A stretch of DNA of 64,000 bases from an uncultured Eubacteriales bacterium (lineage in GTDB: Bacteria; Bacillota; Clostridia; Oscillospirales; CAG-272): contig CAJJIY010000001.1 in NCBI GenBank assembly GCA_905187695.1, forward strand, positions 74,035 to 138,034, read 5' to 3'. A model generated the notes under the pieces. It saw only the letters and a list, made by a program, of their open reading frames with translations, made no database searches and was not told the DNA's origin. Made by a program: the position numbers and the translations under genes. Below, in pieces: positions 18,723-28,060 of this stretch; positions within the stretch are counted from its first letter, which is position 1, and the number at the start of each line of letters is the position of its first letter.

Positions 18723-21041
18723 TTAAAGCGCCGCAATATGAAGTTCTCCGTCCCGCACGCTGACTGAGGCGTGCGTGATGCTCTTCTGATAATCGGCAAT
18801 GATTTTTTCGGCCAGCGCGTCCTCCACATGATCCTGGATATACCGGCGCATATTCCGGGCACCGAATTTGTGGGAATAAGAACGGGTGGCGATGAGCGAA
18901 AGCGCGTCTTTTGTGAAAGAAAGTGTGATTCCCCGCTCCGCCAGCGCCGTTTTCAGTTCATTCATCATAATGCCCGCGATACGGGAGAAATCCGCTTCAT
19001 CCAGTGAACGGAAAGTGATTACCTCGTCCACCCGGTTCAGAAATTCCGGGCGCAGGAAGGTGGAAAGCGCCTTTTCGGTGCGCGGATTTTCGGTGGCGTC
19101 CTTCTCCGCATCCAGAAAACCGACGGTCGCGCCGGCCCGGTCAGAGCCCGCATTGGTGGTCATAACCAGCACCGTATTTTCAAAATTCACGGTCTTTCCG
19201 TGTGCATCGGTAATCCGGCCGTCATCCAGAATCTGCAAGAGAATGTTGAGCACATCCGGATGCGCTTTTTCGATTTCGTCAAAAAGAACCACGGAATAAG
19301 GCCGGCGACGAATCTTTTCGGTAAGCTGTCCGGCCTCGTCATAGCCGACATATCCGGGGGGAGCTCCGATGATTCTGGAGACCGCATGTTTCTCCATAAA
19401 CTCCGACATATCCAGCCGGATGAGCGTTTCGGGAGAATCAAAAAGATCGGCGGCCAGCTGTTTGACCAATTCGGTCTTTCCGACGCCGGTCGGACCGGCA
19501 AAAATGAAAGAAACGGGTTTCCTTTTATACGAAACTCCCGCACGGTTGCGTTTGACCGCGCGCGCCACCGCCTCAACGGCCGCATCCTGTCCCACGATGT
19601 GAGTCTTCAGGCGGTCGCAAAGGCCGTCCAGTTTCTTATATTCGTTTTCGCTGATGGTCGCGGCAGGAATCCCTGTCCAGACCTCGATAACCTTGGCCAG
19701 TTCTTCTTCGCTCATAATGACCTGACCGCAGGCCGGCTCGATTTCGGAAAGTCTGGCCGAGAGTCTGAGGTCGGCCGCTTTGAGGTTGGCCAGCTCTTCA
19801 TAAAGGCTCTTGTCTTCCTCCGGCGCATCGGCTTGCTTGGCCTCGATTTGTTCCTGCCTGTCCTTATTCTTTAATAATTGTTCTCTTATTTCGTAACTTT
19901 CGTTCAAAACAGCAGAATTGAGCGAAAGATTGGCCGCCGCTTCATCCAAGAGGTCAATGGCCTTGTCCGGCAGATAGCGGTCCGTAATATAGCGCTCCGA
20001 AAGCACAACAGCACGGGTGAGGATCTCATCCGGAATTTTGACGGAATGGAAATTTTCATAATAGTGTTTGATGCCGCGAAGCATTTCTACCGTGTCAGCA
20101 AGCGAGGGCTCGTTTACCGTAACAGGCTGAAAACGGCGTTCCAACGCGCTGTCTTTTTCGATATATTTCCGGTATTCGTTAAGCGTCGTTGCGCCGATGA
20201 TCTGCACTTCGCCACGCGACAGAGCGGGCTTTAAAATGTTTGCGGCATTAACGCTTCCCTCCGATTCGCCGGTGCCGACGATGTTGTGCACCTCGTCAAT
20301 GACCAGAATCACATTTCCGGCATCGGTTACTTCCTTGAGAAGCCCCAGCACGCGGGATTCAAACTGGCCACGGAACTGCGTGCCGGCCACCAGCGCCGTC
20401 AGATCCACCAGAAAGACTTCTTTTCCCTTCAACTTGTACGGTACATTGTTTTCGGCAATGCGCTGGGCCAGCGCCTCTGCGATCGCGGTCTTGCCGACGC
20501 CGGGCTCACCGATAAGACAGGGATTGTTTTTTTGCCGGCGGCAAAGAATCTGGATCACGCGGGAAAGTTCGCGTTCCCGCCCGACGATCCGGTCCAACTT
20601 TCCTTCTGCGGCGCGCCGAGTCAGATCCCGGCAGTAGGTGTCAAGATATTTTCTCTTTTTCTCAGGAGTCGTTTTGTCAGGATTTTTTGCGGACGAAGAG
20701 TCCTTTTTCTGCCCGGCATTTTGTTCCGGTTTCCCCAAAAGACCGCTCTCCCGAAAAATTCTCGGAAAGTCAATGGCCGGTGCGCCGCCGTCCTCTCCGT
20801 CCTCTCCGTTGCTGGGCAGATCGGCGTTGGAGAGCAATCCGCTCAGTTCTTCCTCCACATTTTCCAGTTGTTCGGGCGTGATGCCGAGTTTCCCCATGAC
20901 ATTGCCCATCATCTGATCGGTCGGAAGGCCGAGTTCACCCGCGCACTTGATGCAAAATCCTTCGGTTTTCCGTTCGCCGTTTTCTACCTTGGTCACAAAA
21001 ACAGTTGCCACCCGCTTGTGGCATCTGGAACACATCACCAT
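18723..21041 (-). CDS. Clp/Hsp100-family double-AAA+ ATPase with an N-terminal CxxC...CxxC zinc-ribbon-like module
   Basis: 772 aa. Walker A motifs GEPGVGKT (D1) and GPTGVGKT (D2). Short coiled-coil M region, VGF loop and D2-small domain. The N-terminus CSRCHK...CIKCAG replaces the usual Clp_N repeats. Confidence 0.85.
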   Translation of the reverse strand: MVMCSRCHKRVATVFVTKVENGERKTEGFCIKCAGELGLPTDQMMGNVMGKLGITPEQLENVEEELSGLLSNADLPSNGEDGEDGGAPAIDFPRIFRESGLLGKPEQNAGQKKDSSSAKNPDKTTPEKKRKYLDTYCRDLTRRAAEGKLDRIVGRERELSRVIQILCRRQKNNPCLIGEPGVGKTAIAEALAQRIAENNVPYKLKGKEVFLVDLTALVAGTQFRGQFESRVLGLLKEVTDAGNVILVIDEVHNIVGTGESEGSVNAANILKPALSRGEVQIIGATTLNEYRKYIEKDSALERRFQPVTVNEPSLADTVEMLRGIKHYYENFHSVKIPDEILTRAVVLSERYITDRYLPDKAIDLLDEAAANLSLNSAVLNESYEIREQLLKNKDRQEQIEAKQADAPEEDKSLYEELANLKAADLRLSARLSEIEPACGQVIMSEEELAKVIEVWTGIPAATISENEYKKLDGLCDRLKTHIVGQDAAVEAVARAVKRNRAGVSYKRKPVSFIFAGPTGVGKTELVKQLAADLFDSPETLIRLDMSEFMEKHAVSRIIGAPPGYVGYDEAGQLTEKIRRRPYSVVLFDEIEKAHPDVLNILLQILDDGRITDAHGKTVNFENTVLVMTTNAGSDRAGATVGFLDAEKDATENPRTEKALSTFLRPEFLNRVDEVITFRSLDEADFSRIAGIMMNELKTALAERGITLSFTKDALSLIATRSYSHKFGARNMRRYIQDHVEDALAEKIIADYQKSITHASVSVRDGELHIAAL

Positions 21042-21044
21042 TAT

Positions 21045-21617
21045 TTACGGTTCTCCTTTCTCCATCGTGTTTTTCTTCAACTGGTTTGATATTCTGGAAT
21101 AGCAGATCATATAGCTGACAAACACCGCCAGCATCAACAAAAGCGACAGACACCACAAAGCCAGGGTCAATGCCGGATACGGCATCTCGGTAAGACCGCG
21201 CCAGCGGAAGAAAAGCGTGAGAGCGACTGCCGCATAAAAGACGGTGATCGCGGCTTTTCCGTACCAATGGCTGACGGCAATGAATTTTTGCGTGCGGAAC
21301 ATAAAAATGCAGAAAATCCACTGAATCACTTCTTTCAGAATAAACGGAAGAACAAGCAGAAACGGCAGATAGCCGGCAATGGCAAAGCAGATCAGCGCCG
21401 CGAATTGCATCAGTTTATCTGCCAGCGGGTCAATAATTTTCCCCAAATTGCTGACCCACCCGTTCCGCCTGGCCAGATAACCGTCCAGCACATCGGTGAC
21501 GCCGGCCAGTAAAAAAGCCGCAAGCGCCCAAAGCGGCTTTTTATAAAAAAACAAAATCACAAAAGCGGCCACCAGTAAAAATCGAAAACCGGTTAGAATA
21601 TTCGGAATGTTTTTCAA
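21045..21617 (-). CDS. pgsA: CDP-diacylglycerol--glycerol-3-phosphate 3-phosphatidyltransferase
   Basis: 190 aa. CDP-alcohol phosphatidyltransferase motif DVLDGYLARRNGWVSNLGKIIDPLADK. Confidence 0.85.
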   Translation of the reverse strand: MKNIPNILTGFRFLLVAAFVILFFYKKPLWALAAFLLAGVTDVLDGYLARRNGWVSNLGKIIDPLADKLMQFAALICFAIAGYLPFLLVLPFILKEVIQWIFCIFMFRTQKFIAVSHWYGKAAITVFYAAVALTLFFRWRGLTEMPYPALTLALWCLSLLLMLAVFVSYMICYSRISNQLKKNTMEKGEP

Positions 21618-21632
21618 ATCGGCGTTCTCCTT

Positions 21633-22841
21633 TCAGTCATCTGTCAGAATGCGAAGTGCCTGTGCAGGATAAAAAACGCGGACGCCGCCGGTGGCGGGTG
21701 CCAACCCTTGCGCTTCACTGCCGCAATCAAAGACCAACCGCACCGCGCCGTCTTTTTTCCGAATCGCCGTAATCTGCTCGTTTCCAAGCACAAAAAGCGT
21801 ATCTTCCGAAAGGCGAAGCGCACGGACCGTACCGCTGAATTCGTGTTTCAGTTTGACCTTTCCGCGTTTATTCAGGAAAAGGATTTCTCCCTCCCCGCTG
21901 AAACGGTCTTTTTCAAGCGCGACCAACAGACCGTCCGGAGAAATCCAGCAGGCCATCGGCCGACCCTGAAGCGATTCGTTATGCCGGATCTTTCCGTTCA
22001 GCGTAATGCTGTAAGCATCGCTTTCGGTCAGTACGGCAAGCGTGGTGTTTCCGGTAAACCCTGCCGCAAGCGGATAGCCGTAAAGCAGGAGAGAAGTTTC
22101 TTTTTCCTTTCCGCCCACCCGGAAAATATCCAAAACGGTTCCTGCCGAGCCGACCCCAAGGAGCGCCACATATTTCCCGTTCGGCGAAAGAACGGCGCTG
22201 ACGGTCACACTGGCGCGGCCAAAGGACATGACCGGCATGAAATTGCTGTCATACACCAGTACACGGGACAGTGTTTCCTTTGACGCCGTGATAAGCGAAA
22301 AATAACCGGCATCCGACATAAAGCCGGACAAAATAGGATATTCACATTGTCCGCGATAAAGTTCCGTATATGCGTCACAGATCAAAAAATCCGTTCCGCC
22401 GTAATCGTAAAACAAAATATAACTGTCGGAAACCGAAAGGCGCGGCGTTTTCATCTGAAAATCCACGCGCAGAAGCAGACTGCCGTTGGCAGCATAGATT
22501 TCCGCACCGGAAACGCCGGCCGAAACCACACCGCCGCGATAGGCATCCTGCACGGTCTCCCCGGAAAGGTAGGTATAGTAAATGTTTCGGTCGTTTTCAT
22601 CGGCCAGCGCCGTCATCGCGCCAAGATCCCGGTTGAAACCGAAAAATCCCTCATAGGTAAAGGCGTCATAGCGTACCGAAAGAAACGCGATGGCAAAAAG
22701 CAGGGTGAGCGCCAGAAAAATTCGGGAAGCAAGGCGAAACCGCCCCGCAGTTGCCTGCCAATAATCCGTCGCAGAAACACTTTCTTCCGTTCCGGCCGGT
22801 GGCAGGACGGCCTGTTCTTTTTTAGGTTCGTTTTCATTCAT
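21633..22841 (-). CDS. uncharacterised membrane-anchored protein (single N-terminal TM, beta-rich ectodomain; possibly DUF5711-like)
   Basis: 402 aa from MNENEPKK (ATG 22841). One TM segment (IFLALTLLFAIAFL), then a repetitive beta-strand-like sequence. Overlaps the truA stop by 8 nt. Confidence 0.5.
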   Translation of the reverse strand: MNENEPKKEQAVLPPAGTEESVSATDYWQATAGRFRLASRIFLALTLLFAIAFLSVRYDAFTYEGFFGFNRDLGAMTALADENDRNIYYTYLSGETVQDAYRGGVVSAGVSGAEIYAANGSLLLRVDFQMKTPRLSVSDSYILFYDYGGTDFLICDAYTELYRGQCEYPILSGFMSDAGYFSLITASKETLSRVLVYDSNFMPVMSFGRASVTVSAVLSPNGKYVALLGVGSAGTVLDIFRVGGKEKETSLLLYGYPLAAGFTGNTTLAVLTESDAYSITLNGKIRHNESLQGRPMACWISPDGLLVALEKDRFSGEGEILFLNKRGKVKLKHEFSGTVRALRLSEDTLFVLGNEQITAIRKKDGAVRLVFDCGSEAQGLAPATGGVRVFYPAQALRILTDD

Positions 22842-23634
22842 GACCAAGACCTCCGCTTTTTTTGTCAGAACTGTAAAAAACACGGTCCAGATAAAGTCCC
22901 ATGGCCGGTGCGGTCATTCCCATGCGGGTCCTGTCGCCTGCCGCCAGAGCCGCTTGGATCTCTTCCGGCGAAATACTGCCCCGAGCGGCTCCGAGCAATG
23001 TCCCGGCCATGATCCGTACCATGTGATATAAAAAGCCGTCCGCCCGCACCCGGAAAGAAACAAGATGACCCTTTCGCTGCACCCGGACGCCGAAAACTTC
23101 CCGTATGCTGTCTTCTTCCTTTGTGTCGGCGCCCTTATCCCGCAACGCCGAAAAATCCCGTTTCCCGACAAAGCATCCGGCCGCGGCCCGCATGGCTGCA
23201 AGCGCCGTTTCATTAAGCGGCGGGTGCACCGGAAAAGCTCGTCCCTCCCAAAAAGGATCCCGCTCGGCGCCATCATAAAACAGATATTCATATTCTTTGG
23301 CCACGACATCATACCGGGGATGAAAATCCTCCGGCACTTCCTTGGCGGACAGCACCGAAATATCGGCCGGAAGGTGTGCGTTCATTGCGCGCGGAATACG
23401 GGAGACCGGAATCGCCGTGGGCAAGGCGTTGCTTCCTTTTTGGGTTACGGCCGCCACAAATCCTCTTGCGTGCACACCGCTGTCGGTGCGGCTACACCCA
23501 ACGATGTCACAGTCAAAGCCGAAGACCGAGAGGGCCGCCCGGTTGAGCATCTCCTGCACCGACACACCGTTTTTCTGCACCTGATAGCCGTGATAGGCCG
23601 TGCCGAGGTAGGCAACCGTCAGCAGCGCCTTCAT
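22834..23634 (-). CDS. truA: tRNA pseudouridine(38-40) synthase
   Basis: 266 aa from MKALLTVAYLGTAYHGYQ. Catalytic RTDSGVHA motif. ATGA-type overlap with ecfT. Confidence 0.92.
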   Translation of the reverse strand: MKALLTVAYLGTAYHGYQVQKNGVSVQEMLNRAALSVFGFDCDIVGCSRTDSGVHARGFVAAVTQKGSNALPTAIPVSRIPRAMNAHLPADISVLSAKEVPEDFHPRYDVVAKEYEYLFYDGAERDPFWEGRAFPVHPPLNETALAAMRAAAGCFVGKRDFSALRDKGADTKEEDSIREVFGVRVQRKGHLVSFRVRADGFLYHMVRIMAGTLLGAARGSISPEEIQAALAAGDRTRMGMTAPAMGLYLDRVFYSSDKKSGGLGHE

Positions 23635-24455
23635 GACACAACCGTATATCCGTAACCGAGCCGGTTCAGCAAAACAAGGCCGGTTCCGAAAAGCACAAAG
23701 CAAAAAAGCCAAACAAAGTCCCGCGCGTGCAGATGCGAAATCGTCATGCGGGTTCTCCCCTGCCCGCCCCGGTAACAGCGACATTCCATAGCCAGTGCCA
23801 GTTCTTCCGCGCGGCGGAAAGCCGAAACCAGCAACGGAATGAGAATCGGCACCAGTGCCTTAGCGCGCCTGATAAGTCCGCCGTTTGAAAAATCCACGCC
23901 GCGCGCCTTTTGCGCATTCATGATTTTATAGGTTTCTTCCGAGAGCGTCGGAATAAACCGTAGCGCGATGCTGGTCATCATGGCAAATTCATGTACCGGA
24001 ACATGCAGTACGCGAAGCGGAGAAAAAAGCCGTTCCAGAGCGTCTGTCAGCGCAATGGGCGTGGTGGTATAGGTCAAAAACAGGCTGGTTGCCAACACCA
24101 GCGTGATGATCCGCACCAGCATGAAAACGGCGCTGTAAATGCCTTCCAATGTGATCTTGAGCCGCCAGAAGCTCAAGAGCACGGTTTCACCTCTGGCAAA
24201 AAAAAGATTTAAAACCGCCGTGAAAAGCATGATAAAAATGAGCGGTCGGAGTGCGCGGATAATCATCCGGAAAGGGATTCGGCTCAGCAAAGTCAGGAAA
24301 AGCGCCGAAAGGAGCAAGGCGCCGAAAGCCAGCACATTCTTGCAAAGAAAGGTACACACAATGTAGAGCACCGACAGAATTACTTTCATGCGGGCATCCA
24401 TTTTGTGCAGAGGTGAATCGGCAGGATAATACTGCCCGAACGCGATATTTTTCAT
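23631..24455 (-). CDS. ecfT: energy-coupling factor transporter transmembrane component
   Basis: 274 aa polytopic CbiQ/EcfT family. Position after two EcfA ATPases and before truA is the canonical Firmicutes arrangement. Confidence 0.9.
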   Translation of the reverse strand: MKNIAFGQYYPADSPLHKMDARMKVILSVLYIVCTFLCKNVLAFGALLLSALFLTLLSRIPFRMIIRALRPLIFIMLFTAVLNLFFARGETVLLSFWRLKITLEGIYSAVFMLVRIITLVLATSLFLTYTTTPIALTDALERLFSPLRVLHVPVHEFAMMTSIALRFIPTLSEETYKIMNAQKARGVDFSNGGLIRRAKALVPILIPLLVSAFRRAEELALAMECRCYRGGQGRTRMTISHLHARDFVWLFCFVLFGTGLVLLNRLGYGYTVVS

Positions 24456-24472
24456 AAATCAGCAGAAATCCT

Positions 24473-25345
24473 TTACCGAAATAGAGGCAGAATCGCCGCA
24501 AGGGCGGCATCCACCGTGTAGATATTTTCCGGAATACCGGAAACGCCCAGTTTGCGCAGGAAAAGGGCCAGATGCGTGATCTGCGGGACATCCAATCCCA
24601 CCGAGGCGAGCTGTTCCGCGTGAGAGAAGACTTCATCGCGCGTGCCGGAAAGAAAGACTCCGGCGTGCGCCATCACCACGATCTCATCGCAAAAAGCGGC
24701 CATATCTTCCATGCTGTGGCTGACGATCAGCACCGTTGCGCCGGTGGTCCTGGCATAATTCCGGATGGCGCCGAGAATGCTGTCCCGCCCACGCGGGTCA
24801 AGCCCCGCCGCCGGTTCGTCCAGCACCAGTACTTCCGGGCGCATGGCCATGACGCCGGCAATAGCCGCCCGGCGTTTCTGCCCGCCGGAAAGATCAAAAG
24901 GAGAAGCCGACAATTCAGCCTCTGTCAGCGAAACCAATTCCGCCGCGTCTCTGACGCGGGCGGCGATCTCCGCTTCCGGGAGACCCATATTTTTCGGACC
25001 GAACGCGATATCCGCCCGGACGGTTTCTTCAAAGAGCTGATATTCCGGATATTGCATGACCACACCCACACGGAAACGGATCTCGCGCATCCGTTTCGGA
25101 TTTTGCCAGATGTCCTCCCCGTTCAGCAACACACGGCCGGAAAGCGGCCGCTCGAGGCCGTTGAGAAGCTGTACGATGGTGGATTTACCCGAACCGGTAT
25201 GCCCGATCAACCCGGTAATAGAGCCCTTTTTCACAGAAAAGGAAACATCTTTCAGCGCCTGCACCTCAAAAGGAGTGCCTTTCCCGTAAATATAAGATAC
25301 ATTTTCAAGCGCGATGGCAGGCATCGCTGTCAATGACTCAGGCAT
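24473..25345 (-). CDS. ecfA2: energy-coupling factor transporter ATPase (second, EcfA2/EcfA')
   Basis: 290 aa. Walker A GHTGSGKST, signature LSGGQKRR, Walker B LVLDEP. Confidence 0.9.
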   Translation of the reverse strand: MPESLTAMPAIALENVSYIYGKGTPFEVQALKDVSFSVKKGSITGLIGHTGSGKSTIVQLLNGLERPLSGRVLLNGEDIWQNPKRMREIRFRVGVVMQYPEYQLFEETVRADIAFGPKNMGLPEAEIAARVRDAAELVSLTEAELSASPFDLSGGQKRRAAIAGVMAMRPEVLVLDEPAAGLDPRGRDSILGAIRNYARTTGATVLIVSHSMEDMAAFCDEIVVMAHAGVFLSGTRDEVFSHAEQLASVGLDVPQITHLALFLRKLGVSGIPENIYTVDAALAAILPLFR

Positions 25346-26225
25346 TTTCTTTCTCCTTCAGAGCGCGATAGATCAATTCGGCGCAATCGCGGGCCGTAAC
25401 GGGTTCGCCCGGCAATGAAACGCCCGCCTTTCGCAATGCGTGTAGCAGCGAGGTGCACTGCGGTACATCCAGACCGCACCCGGAAAGCTCCTCGGCACGC
25501 GCGAAAATCTCCGCGGGACAACCGTCCATCCGGATCTTTCCGTCATCCAGTACGATCACCCGGCCGGCACGGGCGGCCTCGTTCATATAATGCGTGATGG
25601 AGATGATGGTAATGCCCCGTTCACGGTTGAGTTTTTCAAGAGTCTCAATCACCTCCCGGCGCCCTGCCGGATCCAGCATGGAAGTGGCCTCATCCAGGAT
25701 CATACAACTGGGTTGCATGGCCAAAATCCCCGCAATGGCCACACGCTGTTTCTGCCCGCCGGAAAGCCGGTGCGGCTCATGTTTTTTGTACCCGGTCATC
25801 CCGACCACTGCCAGCGCGTCGTCCACACGGCGGCGGATCTCCTCGCTCGGAACGCCGAGATTTTCCGGCCCGAAGGCCACATCCTCCTCCACGACCGTTG
25901 CCACCAGCTGATTGTCCGGATTCTGAAAAACCATGCCGACTTCCCGCCGGAGCGCGTAAAGATCATCTTCGGTCATATCCGGCGAGGTCAGTTCTTTTCC
26001 GGCCACAACAAGTTTGCCGAGATCCGGCGTGAGAATCATATTGAACAGTTTGGCCAGCGTGGATTTCCCGGAACCGTTATGCCCCAGAACAGCCACATAT
26101 TCTCCCTTTTGAATATCCAGAGTCACACCGCGAAGGACTTCTTTTCCCTGAATACTGCCGTCCGGGGCGGTATCCCGATAGGAAAAAAACAGATTTTCCG
26201 CGTGTATATAGGCGTTTTCGCTCAT
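25338..26225 (-). CDS. ecfA1: energy-coupling factor transporter ATPase (first, EcfA1)
   Basis: 295 aa. Walker A GHNGSGKST, signature LSGGQKQR, Walker B MILDEA. 8-nt overlap with ecfA2. Confidence 0.9.
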   Translation of the reverse strand: MSENAYIHAENLFFSYRDTAPDGSIQGKEVLRGVTLDIQKGEYVAVLGHNGSGKSTLAKLFNMILTPDLGKLVVAGKELTSPDMTEDDLYALRREVGMVFQNPDNQLVATVVEEDVAFGPENLGVPSEEIRRRVDDALAVVGMTGYKKHEPHRLSGGQKQRVAIAGILAMQPSCMILDEATSMLDPAGRREVIETLEKLNRERGITIISITHYMNEAARAGRVIVLDDGKIRMDGCPAEIFARAEELSGCGLDVPQCTSLLHALRKAGVSLPGEPVTARDCAELIYRALKEKENA

Positions 26226-26251
26226 TTTGCTCTCTTTCTGTTCTCAAACGA

Positions 26252-27112
26252 TCAAAGTTCCCAGCGGGCGCTGGCGCCGCAGGGCAGATAGGCCCCGGTT
26301 TCGCTCACGCGAAGCCCAAGTTCCTCTGCGCGGCACTTTCCGCCAAAGCGGGCGGCCACCCTCAGGTTCAGAAGATAATTCATGGCCAACGGCGAAATGC
26401 CGGTGGTATAAGAGTTGATCAGGAAAAACAGCGGCTCGTCCGAAAGAAGCGAGGCGCAAAGCCCCACCAATTCATCCACGCAGTCCTCCAGTTTAAACAC
26501 CTCGCCCGAAGGCCCGCGGCCATAGGAAGGCGGATCCATAATGACCGCCTCATAGCGATGTCCGCGTTTGATTTCGCGCTCCACAAATTTTTTGCAGTCA
26601 TCCACAATGTATCGGATCGGCGCATCGGCAAGACCGGAAAGCCGCGCGTTTTCCTTGGCCTGCGCTACCATGTTCCGCGCCGCATCCACATGAACCACAC
26701 TGGCTCCGGCCTCGGCCGCCGCCAGCGTGGCGCCGCCGGTATAAGCAAAAAGATTCAGCACCCGGACAGGCCGTCCGGCAGTTTTGATTTTCTCCGAAAA
26801 CCAATCCCAGTTGGCCGCCTGTTCCGGGAAAAGACCCGTATGTTTGAAACCCATGGGACGAATCAGAAAAGTGAGGCCGCGATAGCCGATCTGCCAGTGT
26901 TCCGGCAAACGATTCCCGCGCCATCCGCCGCCGCCCGCACTGGAGCGGTGATAGGTGGCGTCCACCTTTTTCCAGAGCGGATGTTTTTTCGTTTCCTTCC
27001 AGATCACCTGCGGATCCGGACGAACCAGAATATATTTTCCCCAGCGTTCCAGGCGCTCGCCGTCTGAGGTATCCAGCAATTCATAATCCTGCCAATTTTC
27101 CGATGTGAACAT
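26252..27112 (-). CDS. class I SAM-dependent methyltransferase (RlmI/RlmK-like rRNA methyltransferase type)
   Basis: 286 aa. SAM motif I LNLFAYTGG and motif IV DPPSYG. Confidence 0.75.
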   Translation of the reverse strand: MFTSENWQDYELLDTSDGERLERWGKYILVRPDPQVIWKETKKHPLWKKVDATYHRSSAGGGGWRGNRLPEHWQIGYRGLTFLIRPMGFKHTGLFPEQAANWDWFSEKIKTAGRPVRVLNLFAYTGGATLAAAEAGASVVHVDAARNMVAQAKENARLSGLADAPIRYIVDDCKKFVEREIKRGHRYEAVIMDPPSYGRGPSGEVFKLEDCVDELVGLCASLLSDEPLFFLINSYTTGISPLAMNYLLNLRVAARFGGKCRAEELGLRVSETGAYLPCGASARWEL

Positions 27113-27127
27113 GATTCCTCCGAGTTT

Positions 27128-27625
27128 TTACTGATTGAAATAGCGGCCGATCCGGGAAGCACCGCAATGCGCGTGACAAATGGCAATGGCAAGCGCGTCC
27201 GCCGTATCGTCCGGCTTTGGCGGCTTTTTCAGTTCCAGGATATTTGTTACCATGGAAATGATCTGTTTTTTTTCGGCCAATCCGTAACCGACCACCGCCT
27301 GCTTGACCTGCATAGGCGTATATTCCGCAATCGGAATTCCCTTTTGCGCTCCGCACAAAAGAACGATGCCGCGCGCTTCCGCCACCCGGATCCCGGTGGT
27401 AATGTTGTTGGTAAAAAACAACTCTTCCACCGCCATTTCGTCCGGGTGAAAGTGATCGATAATCTGCGTGAGTGTGGTATAAATCTGCGACAGACGCGCT
27501 TCGGTCCTGGTGCCGGCAGGCGTCTGGATAGAACCGTATCCAAGCGGACGGAACCGCCCTGCCTCATAGGAAAGAACGCCCCACCCCACAATGGCAAGGC
27601 CGGGATCTATGCCCAAAATAATCAT
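27128..27625 (-). CDS. ruvC: crossover junction endodeoxyribonuclease RuvC
   Basis: 165 aa. N-terminal ILGIDPG and C-terminal DTADALAIAICH catalytic motifs. Confidence 0.9.
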   Translation of the reverse strand: MIILGIDPGLAIVGWGVLSYEAGRFRPLGYGSIQTPAGTRTEARLSQIYTTLTQIIDHFHPDEMAVEELFFTNNITTGIRVAEARGIVLLCGAQKGIPIAEYTPMQVKQAVVGYGLAEKKQIISMVTNILELKKPPKPDDTADALAIAICHAHCGASRIGRYFNQ

Positions 27626-27667
27626 CGTTTTTCCTCATTTTACATATTAAGCCATTATATTTATGAT

Positions 27668-27696
27668 ATTATAACACAAACCTGCGCCCGTGTCAA
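27668..27696 (-). promoter_or_regulatory. consensus sigma-A promoter for ruvC
   Basis: On the minus strand: TTGACA-17 nt-TATAAT, with TGt at the extended -10. Confidence 0.8.
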
Positions 27697-27732
27697 AGTT
27701 TTTTTCGCTTTTTTAAAAAATATCCCGAAGTG

Positions 27733-27761
27733 TTTACAATCAGAAAAAAATATGGTATACT
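27733..27761 (+). promoter_or_regulatory. sigma-A promoter for DUF951-ruvA-ruvB
   Basis: TTTACA-17 nt-TATACT with an extended -10 TGg. RBS AAAGGAGGAG lies before ATG 27793. Confidence 0.75.
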
Positions 27762-27792
27762 GAAATGAACTTTCAAAAAGGAGGAGCGCCGT

Positions 27793-28002
27793 ATGCAGAT
27801 TCTCAAACTCGTCCCCGGCCAGACGGCCGAGCTCAAAAAAAAGCATCCCTGCGGAAATGCGCTTTTCCGGATCGTGCGCATCGGTGGCCTATGCCGGATC
27901 ATCTGCCTTTCCTGCGGGCGGGACATGGAGATTGACCGTGTCAAACTGGAAAAAGCCATCAAACGGCTTTTCCCGCCCGAAAACAATTCAGACGGAAAAT
28001 AA
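27793..28002 (+). CDS. DUF951 family small protein
   Basis: 69 aa. HPCG...CLSCGR pattern typical of DUF951. Strong RBS. Confidence 0.8.
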   Translation: MQILKLVPGQTAELKKKHPCGNALFRIVRIGGLCRIICLSCGRDMEIDRVKLEKAIKRLFPPENNSDGK

Positions 28003-28060
28003 TAAAAAAAAGAACACATTTTTCTTTATATAACCTTTTCGGTTTAAACGGAGGCCTTTT

